From the NCBI GenBank assembly GCA_964016885.1, contig OZ024740.1, positions 394,506,001 to 394,570,000 of the forward strand: a stretch of 64,000 nt of DNA, written 5' to 3'. This DNA is from Eledone cirrhosa (lineage: Eukaryota). Position 1 is the first letter of the stretch. Each line of letters opens with the position of its first letter. This document shows, piece after piece, positions 62,270 to 64,000 of this stretch. Both the position numbers and the translations under genes were made by a program. The notes beneath the pieces are model-generated. The model saw nothing but the letters and a program-made list of their open reading frames with translations. It did no database searches and was not told the DNA's origin.

Positions 62270-62410
62270 TTTCCACAGATCTTCCTTCAAAAACATACTC
62301 ATCGACCAGAGCCTATAGTAGTAGAAGTCACTTGCCTAATCTGCCATGAAGTAAAAGGGTATTGAACTTCAATCCACGTAGTTGTAAACAAAACCTTTTA
62401 TCACACAGCT
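62270..62410 (-). mobile_element. Decayed tRNA-derived SINE head
   Basis: GCTGTGTGATAA (A-box-like), GTTCAA (B-box-like), GGCAAGTG.CTTCTACTA body; resembles Octopus SINEs from memory. Confidence 0.5.
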
Positions 62411-62634
62411 TTGTATAAGTCTATTGTGATAAAATAGAATGTTGCATTACATATAAAGTATCCACGAGTTTAGAGCCAGATTAAAGGTGTGAAGCGTAAA
62501 CCCGAAATGGTTGGTTGCCAACCACTAACTGTTATTTTATATAAAAATAGACACGGAAATTTTGACTTACCGACTATCGTAACCATGTTCAAATGTTGAC
62601 ATTTGCAATTTTATTTATGAACTAGGAACACGTT

Positions 62635-62691
<57 letters not shown>

Positions 62692-62695
<4 letters not shown>

Positions 62696-64000
62696 TCGAA
62701 AACTGGTTCCTCAAATATGAAGAAGACTTTAAAAGGACGCACCAAACAGGTAACCCCTTTATAAAGCATTTGAACATAACAAGAACTACAACAGACACAT
62801 TTACACCACCAAACCCAACACACACTAACCACAGGCACATCCCCCACCAACACAAACCAAATACGGCCAACTACACCAAAAGAAACACACCCAACCACCA
62901 CAACACAGGTTTCCGTAGAAATGCCCCCTACATAAACCAACGACGAAATAACATAGATCCAACTCACAACACACACACCACATTCCTCAGAAGAAATCCA
63001 CCCAGACCACTTGAAATCACAACAGAACTTACCCACAACCACACCAGACATCACCCTCAATCCAACAAAAGACAACCCCCCAGCCTCAACACTCTGTACC
63101 ACAGAAATAACGCACCCAGACCACATGAACCAACAACAGAACTCTTGCTCATCAACAACCACAACACATACCACCCCCACCATCACATTCACCCTCATGA
63201 AACAACAAGCTACAGACCCACACGCAACAGACCAACAAAATATAATCACACACAAAACTACATTCCTTTTTTAGGGAAAAGCCTGAAATACCAGGATACT
63301 CGATGGCCCCCCCTCAGGAGAAACCAAAAATAATCAACCTCTCAAAGACACCTCTAACCAACACACAAATCAACATTTTAAGTAAGGGCCTGAAATTTAC
63401 ACCTACACCACGTAAACCAAACTTCCCCGAAATGAAGGATGACATCATGGAATACTGCCGAAAGCTGCGACTAACGGAATTCTTCCACAACGACACCAAC
63501 ACTGAAGACGAATCACTGGTTAGAAATAAAAGCAATTTCTGCCCACAAAAGGGAAGAAATAAAGCACTGGACACGTACTGCGAACACATCACCAACTTTC
63601 CCTATGAAAAAATTACAAATAAACACACGAAATCAAACCTATCTACACACGAATGGGAAGAATTATTCACACTTAGAAACAACCCTGAGATAACTATCAA
63701 AGAAGCCGATAAAGGCAGTACTGTTGTCATTATGAATACGGACTACTATAGGACCCTCGCACTTAACATTTTAGAAAACAACACATACTATGAAAAAACA
63801 GAAAACTACAAACACACCAAAACAATGGGGAACCTTTTGACCTTACTGAATAAATACCGCAACAGCTTAACCACAAAAGAGTTTAACTATATAAGCCACT
63901 TCAAATGCAATACAAGCTCTTTTTACGGCTTACCGAAAATTAAAAAATGTAAACCCATAAACGATGCATGTGACACCTCAACCAACAATTACATTGAACT
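62692..64000 (+). mobile_element. Neptune-type PLE, 5'-truncated at (TA)n, running off the window end
   Basis: Upstream ORF open from about 62695 to 63333; RT frame KIINLS..LSKGLKFTPTP..CRKLRL..ADKG..YGLPK. Confidence 0.9.

Overview
Gene-free, repeat-saturated animal DNA. SINE fragments and the microsatellite spectrum suggest a cephalopod such as Octopus (inference). Bases 1-28 kb are a nested array of non-LTR retrotransposons separated by (AAT)n tracts. All R4/Dong-type (RT + restriction-like endonuclease) copies are on the + strand and all Tx1/L1-type (APE + RT) copies are on the - strand. Bases 28-56 kb and 62.7-64 kb hold Penelope-like elements (PLEs) of at least three lineages plus short non-coding islands, nearly all inserted in (TA)n. 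A decayed Helitron occupies 56.4-61.5 kb. Hand-folding finds about a dozen intact or decayed hammerhead ribozyme motifs. The most striking are a non-circularly permuted hammerhead (cleavage strand, then GAAA, then CUGAUGA) at 41157-41219 and a full-size type I hammerhead with a 13-bp pseudoknot at 50719-50822. Two different Neptune-type PLEs share an ORF1/RT overlap with an in-register U-UUU-UUA -1 frameshift site. The Tx1 ORF1-ORF2 spacer looks like a 52-53 nt intron whose removal fuses the two ORFs in frame. All structures and alignments were read by eye; no search or folding software was run.
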